Source: an uncultured Candidatus Binatia bacterium (GTDB taxonomy: Bacteria; Desulfobacterota; Binatia; UBA9968; JAJDTQ01). Taken from it: DNA of 64,000 bases. Positions 10,240 to 23,469 of this stretch are shown piece by piece. The translations under genes and the position numbers were made by a program. The stretch is from positions 3,040,001 to 3,104,000 of the forward strand of contig OZ243916.1 in the NCBI GenBank assembly GCA_965213675.1, written 5' to 3'. The notes beneath the pieces were generated by a model. It was not told the DNA's origin. It was given only the letters and a program-made list of their open reading frames with translations, and did no database searches. Positions within the stretch are counted from its first letter, which is position 1; each line of letters opens with the position of its first letter.

Positions 10240-13200
10240 ATGAGTGCGCTCGCATGGCGCCGCCGCCCGGGGCACGCCGCCTCCCGGCCTGAGCCTTCCG
10301 CCACCACCGCCCGCCATCTGCGCCGCCACCTCGCCGCGGTACTGCTCGCCCTGCCACTCGCCGCGGTAGCCGCCCCGACACTGGCGATCGCGCAGACCGA
10401 GCCGGTCACCGGCAGTTTTGTCTCCCTCGGCGGCACCGTGCTGCCCGAAGGAGCGGCCGTCACTTTCAACTCGGCCCTCGACAGACTTTTCGCTCGTACA
10501 GAGACACACAAGCTGGAACTGGTCATCGGGGGCACGGCCACGCGCGGGACGGATTACCGGATTGTCTGCATCGAATCAGCCCCGGCCGGGGCCGCCACCT
10601 GCAATGACATCAATGGCGATACCCCTTCGATCACTTTCCATGGTGCGAAGATGATCAGAAACGGCAATCGCACTCGCCGGATCACGGGCCCGCTGCGGCT
10701 GGAGACCATCGAGGACGGCGACTGGAAGGACGAGACAGTCACCCTGCAACTCGGTGGTGGAACGACCCGAACGTTTACAATCACGGATGCCCCGCATTCG
10801 GTGGAAGTGACGTTCGCGACGGATACCTACTCCATCTCTGAGGCTGACAGATTCTTCCAACCCGTCATGAGGTTGGACAAGGCGGCTGGCCGCGATTTTG
10901 TGCTGCCGCTGACCTATGCCAACATGACAGCGACGTCCGGCACGGACTACACAGCGTTATCCGGCGTGACCATCCCGGCGGACGGCAAACAGACCGTCAC
11001 CTTCGACATTCCCGTTAATGACGACAATATCCACGAAGGGAATGAGTCCTTCAGGGTGGGCATCGACTTGTCCAGGCTGCCAGCCGGGGTCACCATGGGC
11101 TCGACCCCCTATGCCACGGTCACAATCAGGGATGACGACCCCGATCCCGGCCCCCCCGGCCTCGTGTTCGATAACGCCCAGCTGAGCTGGAACGAGAATC
11201 AGGGCTGCGGCGAGTTCGAATACTACGATCCATCTGGCAACAAGATTGCCGGCAACACCGCCGAAGCGCGCCGACGGAACGCCCTGGCCGTCTACGCGCC
11301 CGTGCAGTCGGGCAATCTTACATCCCCTGGGGCAAGCATGGAGCTGCCCGCCAGCGCCCCCGGCCCGAGCTACCGGGTCAGGCTGAAGACAAGACCGCAG
11401 ATCCCGGTGAAGGTCACCGTCTATGATCCCAACGACCTCACCTGGTGGGGCAACAACCGCAGCCGGACGCTGAGCCGCGTCTTTGTCGGCCCCGACCGGG
11501 GGGCTGCGAACGGCCGCAACGGTGCCGGCAAGCCGACGCTTACCTTCACGCCGGAGAACTGGAACCAGTGGCAAACCGTCAAGGTCAAGGTGGCCTGCAC
11601 CGATCATTTCCCGGATGCGGTGCCCCTGCAGCACCGCGTGGAAGCGAAATCCAACGGGGGCACTGGCACCATACACGCGTATTCGGGATACAAGAACTTC
11701 AACGACCAGAGATGGACGGTCTGGGTTCGCGTCCAGGAGCAAACGCCGCCGATGGAGATCGTCGCGTCGGGCCTGCCTCCGGCGGGCCAGACGATCACGA
11801 TGGCCGAGGGAGACACCAGGGATTTCAGGATCAGGATCGGCGAAGCGATGCTACCCAGCGGTAGCAGCGGGAGTGTCGCTGTCCATCTCTTTGCCGAGCC
11901 GGTCGGCAATGTGATCGGGGTGACGAGAAGGGACGGGACACCTCACGTCGACGGCATCACCGGCGACACCATGACCTTCACGTCGTCCAATCGCGAACAG
12001 TGGGTGCGTCTGCGAGCCGTCAGCGCCGGCGAAACCAGGCTTGTGGTCTCGGCGGAACGTGACTTCAGCTGGGGCCATGAAACCCAGCGTCACTGGTCGC
12101 CGGAATGGCCGGTCAGGGTCGAGCTCCCCGGCATCTGCGGGCGCACGAAGGCGGTGCGCGACGCCCTTGTCCGCAAGATTTCCGGCATCAGCAACTGCCG
12201 CGACGTGACCCCCGAGCACCTGGCGGCCGTCACCGGCACCCTGGATCTGAACCGCACGAACTTGAGCAGCCTGCAGACGGGCGACTTCCGGGGACTCACC
12301 AAGCTGGAGTGGCTGAGACTGGACGATAACCGGATAGCCTCACTGCCGGCGGGCATATTCGACGACCTCAAGGCGCTGGGTCGACTGGAACTGGACAGAA
12401 ACCAGCTTACGACCCTGCGGCCGGGAGTCTTCGACAAACTCACCTCCCTCTGGAGGCTGGAACTGTATAGAAACTCGATCGCACCGTTGCCGGCGGGCAT
12501 TTTCGACCAGCTTGCCGATCTGTCTCAGCTGGACCTGGACGACATCGACCTGACCACGCTGCCGGCGGACATGTTCGATTCGAACACGAAGTTGACTCAC
12601 CTGTATATGGAAGATAACGAGCTACAGGCGCTACCGGCGAATGTCTTTCACAAGCACAAGAATCTGAGCACGCTGCGGCTGGACGGAAACCCCGGCGAAC
12701 CGTTCCGGCCGACGGCGGATGCCGGCCCCGCACAGACGGTGTCCACGGGTGCGCAAGTCACCCTGTCGGGCACCGCCACCGGCCCCTGGGGTGACAATGT
12801 GAAGTTTCGGTGGCAGCAAGTGGACGGCGCGAGGTCGGAGGACGTCGTCACCCCAGGTGTGACGCTCAGCAGTGACAAGATCGCCGCACCCACCTTTACC
12901 GCCCCGGCCGCACCCACGGTCCTGCACTTCAGGCTGGACACAAGACCAAGCTCGAGCGACTCCCTGGATTTTGCAGGTCTCGGCAACAGCGTCGACTGGG
13001 TCACCATCACCGTCACCGGCGGCCAGGGCTCGCCCGCGCAGGAGGTAGAAGCGGCACATGTCGAAGCACCGTCCTGCGTCTCCGACGCCCTGCTGGCCGA
13101 CGTCCATGAGTATGCGGGCGAGACCTGGCGGACTTCGCCGGGCCATGTCGCGCGCTGGAGCCGGGTGCTGGCCGCCTTCGGGGTGGACAACGCCTACCGC

Positions 13201-16023
13201 AGCAACCCGATGACCGTCGCCGAGGCAGAGGCGCAGGCGGACCGTGGCCTCAAACGCTGGGTGCCGGTGGTGCCGGCGCTGACATGCCTGGCGGCGGCAC
13301 CGGAGGAGGTGGCACCGGAAGAACAGCCGGAACCGGCCGAGGTCCAGCCGGCGACCCCCGCCACGCCCGCACTCAGCCTCTCGGCGGGGTCCGCCGTGGA
13401 CGAGGGCGGTACTGCGACCTTCACTGTCACGGCCGACCCGGCGCCGCAGTCCGACCTGACGATTGCCTGGACCGTCGCCCAGAGCGGCGATTACCTGGCC
13501 GCGCCCGGCGCGGGCAGCCGGACGTTGGTGCTGAACGCAGGCACGACCAGCGCCGATCTCACGGTGGCGACAGTGGACGATGCGGCGGACGAGGCCGACG
13601 GCTCGGTGTCCGTCACCCTCGGCGCGGCCACGGGCTACACCGTGGCCACAGGCAAGGGCAGCGCCGCGGTGGCGGTGCGCGACGATGACGAGCCGGTGGT
13701 ACGCATCACCGCCGGCAGCGGGGTAACGGAAGGTGCCTCGGCTTCCTTCACGGTCACGGCCAGCCCGGTGCCAGCCACACCGCTCGACGTGACCCTGACC
13801 GTCGGCCAGAGCGGCGACTTCGCCGCCTCGGGCGCGACCGGATCGCGGACGGTCACCATCCCGGTCACGGGCAGCGCCACCTTCGAGGTCACCACGGTGG
13901 ATGACGGCACGGACGAGCCGGACGGCTCGATCACGGCAACTGTCGATACCGGCACCGGCTACACCGTGGCGGCATCGCCGGACAACGCGGCCACGGTGGC
14001 GGTGTCCGACAACGATGCGGCGTCGTCGGGTCCGACGATCTCGATTGCCGATGCCACGCTCAAGGAGAACGGAATAACGGGGAATTTCAAGGTGACGTTG
14101 AGCGAGCCGGTGAACTGGCCGGTCGTCGTCTACTACGCGACGCGGGATTCAACGCCGGTGTCGGCCGTGGCGGGCCAGGACTACCTGGCGTGGAAGCGGT
14201 CCTGGCGGCTGCGGGCCCGGTTCAGGCCGGGGCAGACGGAAACGCTGATCCACGTCCGCCTCTACAACGACAGCCATGACGAGGGTCCGGAGACCTTCGA
14301 GATGGTGCTGTTCGACGCGGACGTGAACGGTCCGCCCGGGGTGTCGGTGTCGATTGCGGACGGGGTTGCGGTGGGCACCATCACCAACTCGGACCCGATG
14401 CCGGCGGCGTGGCTGGCGCGTTTCGGTCGCACGACGGCGGAACAGGCGCTGGACGGCATAGCCGGGCGCATCGCGGCGTCGCGCGACGCCGGGGTGCAGG
14501 GCACCATCGCGGGACAGGCGCTGGGCTTCGATCCCCGCTCCTCCGGCTCGCAGGCAGGCCCCGACGGATCGGTTGGCGCAGCGAGCGGGAATGCTGCCCC
14601 TGGCAGCCTGTCCGGCACTGGCCGGCTGGTGCAGACCGATGTCGCCCGCGGCCGTTTCGGCGCTGGCGGTGCGGGATCGGCATTGGGCCATGACACTCAT
14701 GGCTTCGCTTTCGGCAGCAACGGCGCGCAGTCCTACTCGATGACGGCCCGGGAAGCCTTGCTGGGCAGCAGCTTCACGGCGACCGGGGAGAAGGACGGCA
14801 TGGGCGGCAGCGTGGCCTTCTGGGGCCGGGCCGCGCAGTCGAGCTTCGACGGCCGCGAGGGGACGTTCTCGCTCGACGGCGAGGCCACCACGGCCATGCT
14901 GGGAGCCGACTATGGGCGCGGCAACTGGCTGGCCGGAGTGGCCCTGATGCGGAGCAGCGGGGATGGCGGCTATGCCGACAGGGAATCGGGGTCCGGGGCA
15001 GGCAACGGTACGGATGCCGTGGGCTGCCCTCAACCTCCGGATGCCGAAGCGCGGAGGGTCGTGTGCAGCGGCGCCGTGCGGGAGGGCGATGGTGAGGTGG
15101 AGGCGTCGCTGACGGCGGCGGTTCCCTATGCCGCGCTCCGGGTCTCGGAGCGGCTGAAGCTCTGGGGCGCGGTGGGCTATGGTGCCGGCGACGTGACGCT
15201 CGAGCCGGAGGTAGGCGGTTCCCTCACCTCCGACATCTCCTGGACCATGGCGGCGGCTGGCCTGCGCGGCGACGTGATCGCGCCCCCGGCGGAAGGGTCG
15301 GGTCCGGCCCTGGCGGTGACCTCGGACTCGCTCTGGGCACGCACCAGCTCGGACAAGACCCACGAGCTGGCGGCGTCCGATTCCGACGTGACGCGCTTCC
15401 GGCTCGGTCTGGAGGGAAGCTGGAAGGCCGCGCTGGCGCGGGGCAGCCATGTGACGCCCAAGCTGGAGCTGGGCATGCGCCAGGACGGCGGCGATGCCGA
15501 GACCGGCTTCGGGGTGGAAGTCGGCGGCGGTCTGGCCTGGGTCAACCCGGCCCTCGGGCTCTCCCTCGACCTGTCGGGCCGGACCCTGATTTCCCATGCT
15601 TCGGACGATCTGGAGGACCAGGGGTTTGCGGCGGCGCTGGCCTGGGATCCCGGTCCAGCGACCGCGCGGGGTCCCTCTCTGACGCTGACCCAGGACTGGG
15701 GCGGCGCCGCGCAGGGCGGGCTCGACGCGCTGTTCCGGACCGATCCGCTGGCGGACCGCACGGGCAGCGGCGAAACCGCCGCCCGCTGGACGGCGGAGGC
15801 GGCATACGGATTCCCGGCCTTCTCGGGGCGCTTCACCGGCAGCCCGCATATGGGGCTCGGTCTGGCCACCGGCGCGCGCGACTACAGCGTGGGGTGGCGT
15901 CTCACCCCGGCGACCCGCGCCAACGCGCCCGATGTCTCCTTCGGGCTGAAGGGGACGCGCCGGGAGAGCGACTGGACGGAGCCGGAGCACACCATGGGGT
16001 TCGAAGCGACCGCGCGGTGGTAG
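10240..16023 (+). CDS. Large secreted adhesin/autotransporter-like protein with Calx-beta, LRR, PKD-like and C-terminal beta-barrel regions
   Basis: Signal-peptide-like N-terminus; Calx-beta-like motifs (TATSGTDY...DDNIHEGNESF, TVDD..DE.DGS); about six 24-aa LRRs (L.LD.N.L..LP.G.FD.L); ADAGPAQTV PKD-like motif; amphipathic beta-strand C-terminus ending in W. Confidence 0.85.
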   Translation: MSALAWRRRPGHAASRPEPSATTARHLRRHLAAVLLALPLAAVAAPTLAIAQTEPVTGSFVSLGGTVLPEGAAVTFNSALDRLFARTETHKLELVIGGTATRGTDYRIVCIESAPAGAATCNDINGDTPSITFHGAKMIRNGNRTRRITGPLRLETIEDGDWKDETVTLQLGGGTTRTFTITDAPHSVEVTFATDTYSISEADRFFQPVMRLDKAAGRDFVLPLTYANMTATSGTDYTALSGVTIPADGKQTVTFDIPVNDDNIHEGNESFRVGIDLSRLPAGVTMGSTPYATVTIRDDDPDPGPPGLVFDNAQLSWNENQGCGEFEYYDPSGNKIAGNTAEARRRNALAVYAPVQSGNLTSPGASMELPASAPGPSYRVRLKTRPQIPVKVTVYDPNDLTWWGNNRSRTLSRVFVGPDRGAANGRNGAGKPTLTFTPENWNQWQTVKVKVACTDHFPDAVPLQHRVEAKSNGGTGTIHAYSGYKNFNDQRWTVWVRVQEQTPPMEIVASGLPPAGQTITMAEGDTRDFRIRIGEAMLPSGSSGSVAVHLFAEPVGNVIGVTRRDGTPHVDGITGDTMTFTSSNREQWVRLRAVSAGETRLVVSAERDFSWGHETQRHWSPEWPVRVELPGICGRTKAVRDALVRKISGISNCRDVTPEHLAAVTGTLDLNRTNLSSLQTGDFRGLTKLEWLRLDDNRIASLPAGIFDDLKALGRLELDRNQLTTLRPGVFDKLTSLWRLELYRNSIAPLPAGIFDQLADLSQLDLDDIDLTTLPADMFDSNTKLTHLYMEDNELQALPANVFHKHKNLSTLRLDGNPGEPFRPTADAGPAQTVSTGAQVTLSGTATGPWGDNVKFRWQQVDGARSEDVVTPGVTLSSDKIAAPTFTAPAAPTVLHFRLDTRPSSSDSLDFAGLGNSVDWVTITVTGGQGSPAQEVEAAHVEAPSCVSDALLADVHEYAGETWRTSPGHVARWSRVLAAFGVDNAYRSNPMTVAEAEAQADRGLKRWVPVVPALTCLAAAPEEVAPEEQPEPAEVQPATPATPALSLSAGSAVDEGGTATFTVTADPAPQSDLTIAWTVAQSGDYLAAPGAGSRTLVLNAGTTSADLTVATVDDAADEADGSVSVTLGAATGYTVATGKGSAAVAVRDDDEPVVRITAGSGVTEGASASFTVTASPVPATPLDVTLTVGQSGDFAASGATGSRTVTIPVTGSATFEVTTVDDGTDEPDGSITATVDTGTGYTVAASPDNAATVAVSDNDAASSGPTISIADATLKENGITGNFKVTLSEPVNWPVVVYYATRDSTPVSAVAGQDYLAWKRSWRLRARFRPGQTETLIHVRLYNDSHDEGPETFEMVLFDADVNGPPGVSVSIADGVAVGTITNSDPMPAAWLARFGRTTAEQALDGIAGRIAASRDAGVQGTIAGQALGFDPRSSGSQAGPDGSVGAASGNAAPGSLSGTGRLVQTDVARGRFGAGGAGSALGHDTHGFAFGSNGAQSYSMTAREALLGSSFTATGEKDGMGGSVAFWGRAAQSSFDGREGTFSLDGEATTAMLGADYGRGNWLAGVALMRSSGDGGYADRESGSGAGNGTDAVGCPQPPDAEARRVVCSGAVREGDGEVEASLTAAVPYAALRVSERLKLWGAVGYGAGDVTLEPEVGGSLTSDISWTMAAAGLRGDVIAPPAEGSGPALAVTSDSLWARTSSDKTHELAASDSDVTRFRLGLEGSWKAALARGSHVTPKLELGMRQDGGDAETGFGVEVGGGLAWVNPALGLSLDLSGRTLISHASDDLEDQGFAAALAWDPGPATARGPSLTLTQDWGGAAQGGLDALFRTDPLADRTGSGETAARWTAEAAYGFPAFSGRFTGSPHMGLGLATGARDYSVGWRLTPATRANAPDVSFGLKGTRRESDWTEPEHTMGFEATARW

Positions 16024-16195
16024 GGCACGGCGCTCGCCGAGGCCCAGCGCCGGGTTTCTCCAACGAGGCCACGGCGGCGCCCGCCCGGCGCTGCCCGGCT
16101 GGCAGGTCGGCATCATGCGCTGGCATTCCCGGCCCGTGGCTGCTACCATGACAGACACGCTCGGCGGCCGTCCGGGCACCCTCCGAAAATTGTGA

Positions 16196-18849
<2,654 letters not shown>

Positions 18850-18874
18850 CCACCCGCTCCTTGGGGCCCCTTCC

Positions 18875-21346
18875 ATGGAAGCCGGAACGAGACAACAGAA
18901 AGTCCCTGTCTACATCGAAGACGAGATGCGGCAGTCCTACGTGGACTATGCCATGAGCGTCATCGTCGGGCGGGCGTTGCCGGATGTGCGCGACGGCCTC
19001 AAGCCCGTGCATCGGCGGGTGCTGTACGCCATGCACGACATGGGCAACACCTGGAACCGCCCTTACCGCAAATCCGCCCGTGTGGTGGGCGACGTCATCG
19101 GAAAGTACCATCCCCACGGCGACGCCGCCGCCTATGACACCATCGTCCGTCTCGCGCAGCACTTCTCCATGCGCTACTGCCTGGTGGACGGCCAGGGAAA
19201 CTTCGGCTCGGTGGACGGCGATCCCCCGGCGGCCATGCGTTACACCGAGATCCGCATGGCGCGCATCGCCCAGGAACTGCTCGCCGACATCGACAAGGAG
19301 ACCGTCGACTTCCTGCCCAACTACGACGATTCCATGGAGGAACCGTCGGTGCTGCCGTCGCGGCTGCCCAACCTGCTCGTCAACGGCGCCGCGGGCATCG
19401 CCGTGGGCATGGCCACCAATGTCCCGCCGCACAACCTGAGCGAGGTCATCGACGGTCTCATCGCGTTGGTGGAGCGCCCCGAACTGACCATCGACGAGTT
19501 GATGGAATACATCCCCGGCCCCGACTTCCCCACGGGCGGGTTCATTCACGGGCGCGAGGGCATTCGTCAGGGATACAAGACGGGACGGGGCAGCGTGCAG
19601 ATGCGCGCGCGGGTGTCCACCGAGACCGTCAAGCGTACGGGAAAGGAGCAGATCATCATCTCCGAGATCCCGTACATGGTGAACAAGACCCGCCTTCTGG
19701 AGCAGATCGCCCACCTGGTCCACGACAAGAAGGTCGAGGGCATCGCCGACCTGCGCGACGAGTCCGACCGCGACGGCATGCGCATCGTCGTGGAGCCCAA
19801 GCGCGACGCGGTGCCGCAGATCGTCATCAACGCCCTGTACAAGCACACGAGCCTGCAGGACACCTTTGGCGTCAACATGTTGGCGATCATCGACGGCCGC
19901 CCCAAGCTGCTGAACCTGAAGGAGATCCTGGAAGCGTTCCTGGAGCACCGCCGCGAAACCGTCACCCGGCGCACCGCCTACGACCTCAGGAAGGCCGAGG
20001 AGCGGCTGCATATCCTCGAAGGCCTCAAGATCGCGCTGGACTACCTCGATGCGGTCATCACCCTGATTCGCGAGTCGCCGGACCCGCGGGCCGCGAAGGA
20101 ACGGCTCATGGCCGGGGCCTTCGCCCAGACCCGTGCCGGCGTCGATCCCGGTGTGCGCCTTTCGGAGGCCCAGGCCCAGGCCATCCTCGAGATGCGCCTG
20201 CAACGGCTCACCGGACTCGAGCGCGACAAGATCATCGAGGAATATCGCGCCGTCGAGGCCACCATCAGCGAGCTGCGCGGGATCCTGGCCGACGAGAGCA
20301 GGGTGTTCGCCATCATCGTGGACGAATTGCGGGAGATCAAGGAAGGCTATGGCGATGCCCGGCGCACCGCCATCGTCGACCGCGCCGAGGATATCTCTAT
20401 CGAGGACCTCATCGTGGAAGAGGACATGGTGGTCACCGTGTCCCACGAGGGCTACATCAAGCGCAATCCCATCACCCTCTACCGCGCCCAGCGCCGCGGC
20501 GGCAAAGGCAAGGTGGGAACCACCACCCGAGACGAGGACTTTGTCGAATCCCTGTTCGTGGCCTCCACCCACTCCCACATCCTGTTCTTCACCTCCATCG
20601 GCAAGGTCTACCGCATCAAGGTGCACGAATTGCCCCAAGGCGGCCGCGCCGCCAAGGGCCGGCCGGTGGTGAACCTGCTGAAGCTTCAGGAGGGGGAGAA
20701 GGTGTCGGCGTTCCTGCCCGTGCGCGAGTTCCAGGAAGGCCACTTCGTCATGTTCGCCACCCGCAACGGCCTGGTGAAGAAAACCGACCTGATGGCCTAT
20801 TCCAGCCCCCGGGCCACCGGCATTCGCGCCATCGCGCTGGACGAGAACGATTCGCTAATCGAGGTCCGGCTCACCGACGGCGATCAGGACATCCTGCTGT
20901 CCACCATGGACGGGCAGTCCATCCGTTTCAAGGAAACGCAGGTGCGCCCCACGGGCCGCGACACCATGGGAGTCATCGGCATCCGGCTGGACGGCGGGGA
21001 CCAGGTGGTGAGCATGGAGGTGCTGCATCCGGGCGCGTCCATCCTCACGGTCGCGGACAAGGGGATGGGCAAGCGCACCGGCACGGACGAATACGGACAA
21101 CAGGGCCGCGGCGGCAAGGGGCTCATCACCATGAAGACCACCGAACGCACCGGCCGCGTGGTGGGCGTGCAGCAGGTGACGGACGAGGACCAGTTGATGC
21201 TGATCACCGACGGCGGCAAGATCATCCGGCTGCGCATCGCCGACATCCGCGTCATCGGGCGCAACACCCAGGGGGTGCGTCTCATCGACCTGGACAACGG
21301 CGAGCGCGTGGTCTCCCTGGCACGGCTGGCGGAAGACGACAGTTGA
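18875..21346 (+). CDS. gyrA: DNA gyrase subunit A
   Basis: [21 protein letters not shown] and GyrA-box QRRGGKG motifs. Confidence 0.99.
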   Translation: MEAGTRQQKVPVYIEDEMRQSYVDYAMSVIVGRALPDVRDGLKPVHRRVLYAMHDMGNTWNRPYRKSARVVGDVIGKYHPHGDAAAYDTIVRLAQHFSMRYCLVDGQGNFGSVDGDPPAAMRYTEIRMARIAQELLADIDKETVDFLPNYDDSMEEPSVLPSRLPNLLVNGAAGIAVGMATNVPPHNLSEVIDGLIALVERPELTIDELMEYIPGPDFPTGGFIHGREGIRQGYKTGRGSVQMRARVSTETVKRTGKEQIIISEIPYMVNKTRLLEQIAHLVHDKKVEGIADLRDESDRDGMRIVVEPKRDAVPQIVINALYKHTSLQDTFGVNMLAIIDGRPKLLNLKEILEAFLEHRRETVTRRTAYDLRKAEERLHILEGLKIALDYLDAVITLIRESPDPRAAKERLMAGAFAQTRAGVDPGVRLSEAQAQAILEMRLQRLTGLERDKIIEEYRAVEATISELRGILADESRVFAIIVDELREIKEGYGDARRTAIVDRAEDISIEDLIVEEDMVVTVSHEGYIKRNPITLYRAQRRGGKGKVGTTTRDEDFVESLFVASTHSHILFFTSIGKVYRIKVHELPQGGRAAKGRPVVNLLKLQEGEKVSAFLPVREFQEGHFVMFATRNGLVKKTDLMAYSSPRATGIRAIALDENDSLIEVRLTDGDQDILLSTMDGQSIRFKETQVRPTGRDTMGVIGIRLDGGDQVVSMEVLHPGASILTVADKGMGKRTGTDEYGQQGRGGKGLITMKTTERTGRVVGVQQVTDEDQLMLITDGGKIIRLRIADIRVIGRNTQGVRLIDLDNGERVVSLARLAEDDS

Positions 21347-21414
21347 CCTGCCGCCGTCCGAACCCCGAATGCTCAGGGGTTTGACAATGGTACACAGCCC
21401 CCGATCCCTCCCCA

Positions 21415-21520
21415 GGATTCCCGCATCCGCGGGAATGACACATCCGTGGCGGCGGTTTTCATTCCCTCGTGTGTCGGCTCCAGGCCGGCCTGAAGGATTC
21501 TCGCGAATGCGGGAATCCAG
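21415..21520. repeat. Inverted pair of ATTCCC-N8-GGGAAT (dRS3/REP-like) repeats
   Basis: ATTCCC-GCATCCGC-GGGAAT at 21417-21436 and ATTCTC-GCGAATGC-GGGAAT at 21497-21516. Confidence 0.7.
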
Positions 21521-21562
21521 GTGGGATGGGTGGCGGAAGCGACGCGGTCGCCGGTTTTCGCC

Positions 21563-22558
21563 ATGTCCATCGGCATCATAGGCGCGGGCGGCTGGGGCAC
21601 GGCCCTGGCGGTGCTGCTGTGCAGACAGCACGAGGACGTGGTGCTGTGGTGCCATTCCGAGGAGACGTTCGCACGGATCAGGGAAACCGGCGAGAACGCG
21701 GCCTACCTGCCCTCGGTCAAACTCCCTGACCGCCTCCATGTCACCCGTTCCCTGGAAACGGCCAGCGCCGGCCGCCAGTTGCTGCTGTGCGTGACCCCGT
21801 CCCACTTTCTTCGGGATGTCATGACCCGGGCGGCCCCGTTCGTCACCTCCGAGACCATCGTGGTGTGCGGCTCCAAGGGAATCGAGGAGTCCACCCTGAT
21901 GACCATGGGCGATGTCATGGCGGAGGTCATGGGTCATTCCCGCAGGCATGCGTTCCTGTCCGGGCCGACCTTTGCCAGGGAGGTGGCGCAGGGACGGCCG
22001 GCCGCCATCACGGCGGCGAGCGTCGATCCCGACGTGGCTCGCGAAGTGCAGGGACGCCTCGGCTCCGCTGAACTCCGGATCTACACGTCCACGGACGTGG
22101 TGGGGGTCCAGATGGGCGGCGTGATCAAGAACGTCATTGCCATCGCCGCCGGCGTCAGCGACGGCCTCGAGTTGGGCCACAATGCCCGGGCCGCGCTCAT
22201 CACCCGCGGGCTCGCCGAAATGACCCGTCTCGCGGTGAAGATGGGCGCCGATCCAGTCACCCTCGCCGGCCTCCCGGGCCTCGGCGATCTCGTGCTCACC
22301 TGCACCGGCCAACTCAGCCGCAACCGCAAGGTCGGCATCGAGCTCGGCCATGGAGCGCGACTCGCGGATATCGTCGCGGGAACCCGGATGGTCGCCGAGG
22401 GCGTCCGGAACACCCGAACCGTCCACCTCCTGGCCCAGCGGTACGGCGTCGAGATGCCCATCGTGGAGCAGATGCACCGCGTCCTCTACGAGGACAAAGC
22501 CCCGCTCCAGGCCGTCCGCGACCTCATGGGCCGGACACAGAGAGCGGAGGTGGATTGA
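21563..22558 (+). CDS. gpsA: NAD(P)H-dependent glycerol-3-phosphate dehydrogenase
   Basis: IIGAGGWGTALA, LSGPTFAREV, KNVIAIAAG and GLGDLVLTC..SRN motifs. Confidence 0.97.
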   Translation: MSIGIIGAGGWGTALAVLLCRQHEDVVLWCHSEETFARIRETGENAAYLPSVKLPDRLHVTRSLETASAGRQLLLCVTPSHFLRDVMTRAAPFVTSETIVVCGSKGIEESTLMTMGDVMAEVMGHSRRHAFLSGPTFAREVAQGRPAAITAASVDPDVAREVQGRLGSAELRIYTSTDVVGVQMGGVIKNVIAIAAGVSDGLELGHNARAALITRGLAEMTRLAVKMGADPVTLAGLPGLGDLVLTCTGQLSRNRKVGIELGHGARLADIVAGTRMVAEGVRNTRTVHLLAQRYGVEMPIVEQMHRVLYEDKAPLQAVRDLMGRTQRAEVD

Positions 22559-22708
22559 AGCACGGGAATCGAGTCGAGGATGAACGCGGTTGCGCCCAAC
22601 GAGTTCTCTTGAGACCTGCCTGGCAGTTACCGGCCGGTATCCATGGCAAATTGACAATCGCACCCCTGTATGCCAGAAATAGGGGCACTGAAGAATGAAG
22701 GTGCGGAA

Positions 22709-22870
22709 ATGAAACGGACATATCAACCAAGCAATCTGAGGCGAAAGAGAAACCACGGCTTTTTTGCGCGCATGGAGACCCCCGGCGGGAGAAATGTGCT
22801 GAAGCGCCGCCGGGCCAAGGGAAGGAAACGGTTGACCGTCATCATCCCGCCCAAGGGTCCTCGCTGCTAG
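22709..22870 (+). CDS. rpmH: 50S ribosomal protein L34
   Basis: [22 protein letters not shown]...[10 protein letters not shown]. Confidence 0.97.
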   Translation: MKRTYQPSNLRRKRNHGFFARMETPGGRNVLKRRRAKGRKRLTVIIPPKGPRC

Positions 22871-22879
22871 GACGCGCCG

Positions 22880-23245
22880 TTGCCTCGTGTGCGGGAGAGT
22901 TTCCCGAAGGAAGCCCGCCTGACCAGACGTTCCGAGTTTCTGCTCCTGGCTCGCAGGGGGCGGAAGTTCTTCACGCCGCACTTCATCATCATCCGTAAAG
23001 ACAACGACCATCTCGGTAAACGGCTGGGGGTCACGGTCAGTTCGAAGGTGGGAAACGCGGTGGTCCGTAACCGCGTGAAGCGCATGCTGCGCGAATTCTT
23101 TCGCCGCGGGCAGGAAAAGTTTCGTTCTGACCAGGATACCGTAGTGATCGCACGCAAGGGCGCGGGGGACATGAGCTACGCGGCGGTCGCCGCCGAGCTC
23201 CTCAAGGTGATCGGTCCCAAGCCGAGAACCCGATCCAGGGGATGA
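22880..23245 (+). CDS. rnpA: Ribonuclease P protein component
   Basis: [21 protein letters not shown] motif. Confidence 0.96.
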   Translation: MPRVRESFPKEARLTRRSEFLLLARRGRKFFTPHFIIIRKDNDHLGKRLGVTVSSKVGNAVVRNRVKRMLREFFRRGQEKFRSDQDTVVIARKGAGDMSYAAVAAELLKVIGPKPRTRSRG

Positions 23246-23463
23246 CGACCATCGGCCGCACCGCCGTGCGTATCTGCATCAGGGCCTACCAGCGGCTGCT
23301 CTCCCCGTTGCTGCCGCCCTGCTGCCGCTTCTTCCCCAGTTGCTCGGCCTACACCTTGCAGGCAGTGGACCGTCACGGCGTCGCCAAGGGCCTTTGGCTC
23401 GGCGCCTTGAGGATCCTGCGCTGCCATCCGCTCCATGCCGGCGGCTATGACCCGGTACCGTAA
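23242..23463 (+). CDS. yidD: Membrane protein insertion efficiency factor
   Basis: CRFFPSCS.Y...[15 protein letters not shown]. Confidence 0.95.
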   Translation: MTTIGRTAVRICIRAYQRLLSPLLPPCCRFFPSCSAYTLQAVDRHGVAKGLWLGALRILRCHPLHAGGYDPVP

Positions 23464-23469
23464 GCGTTC

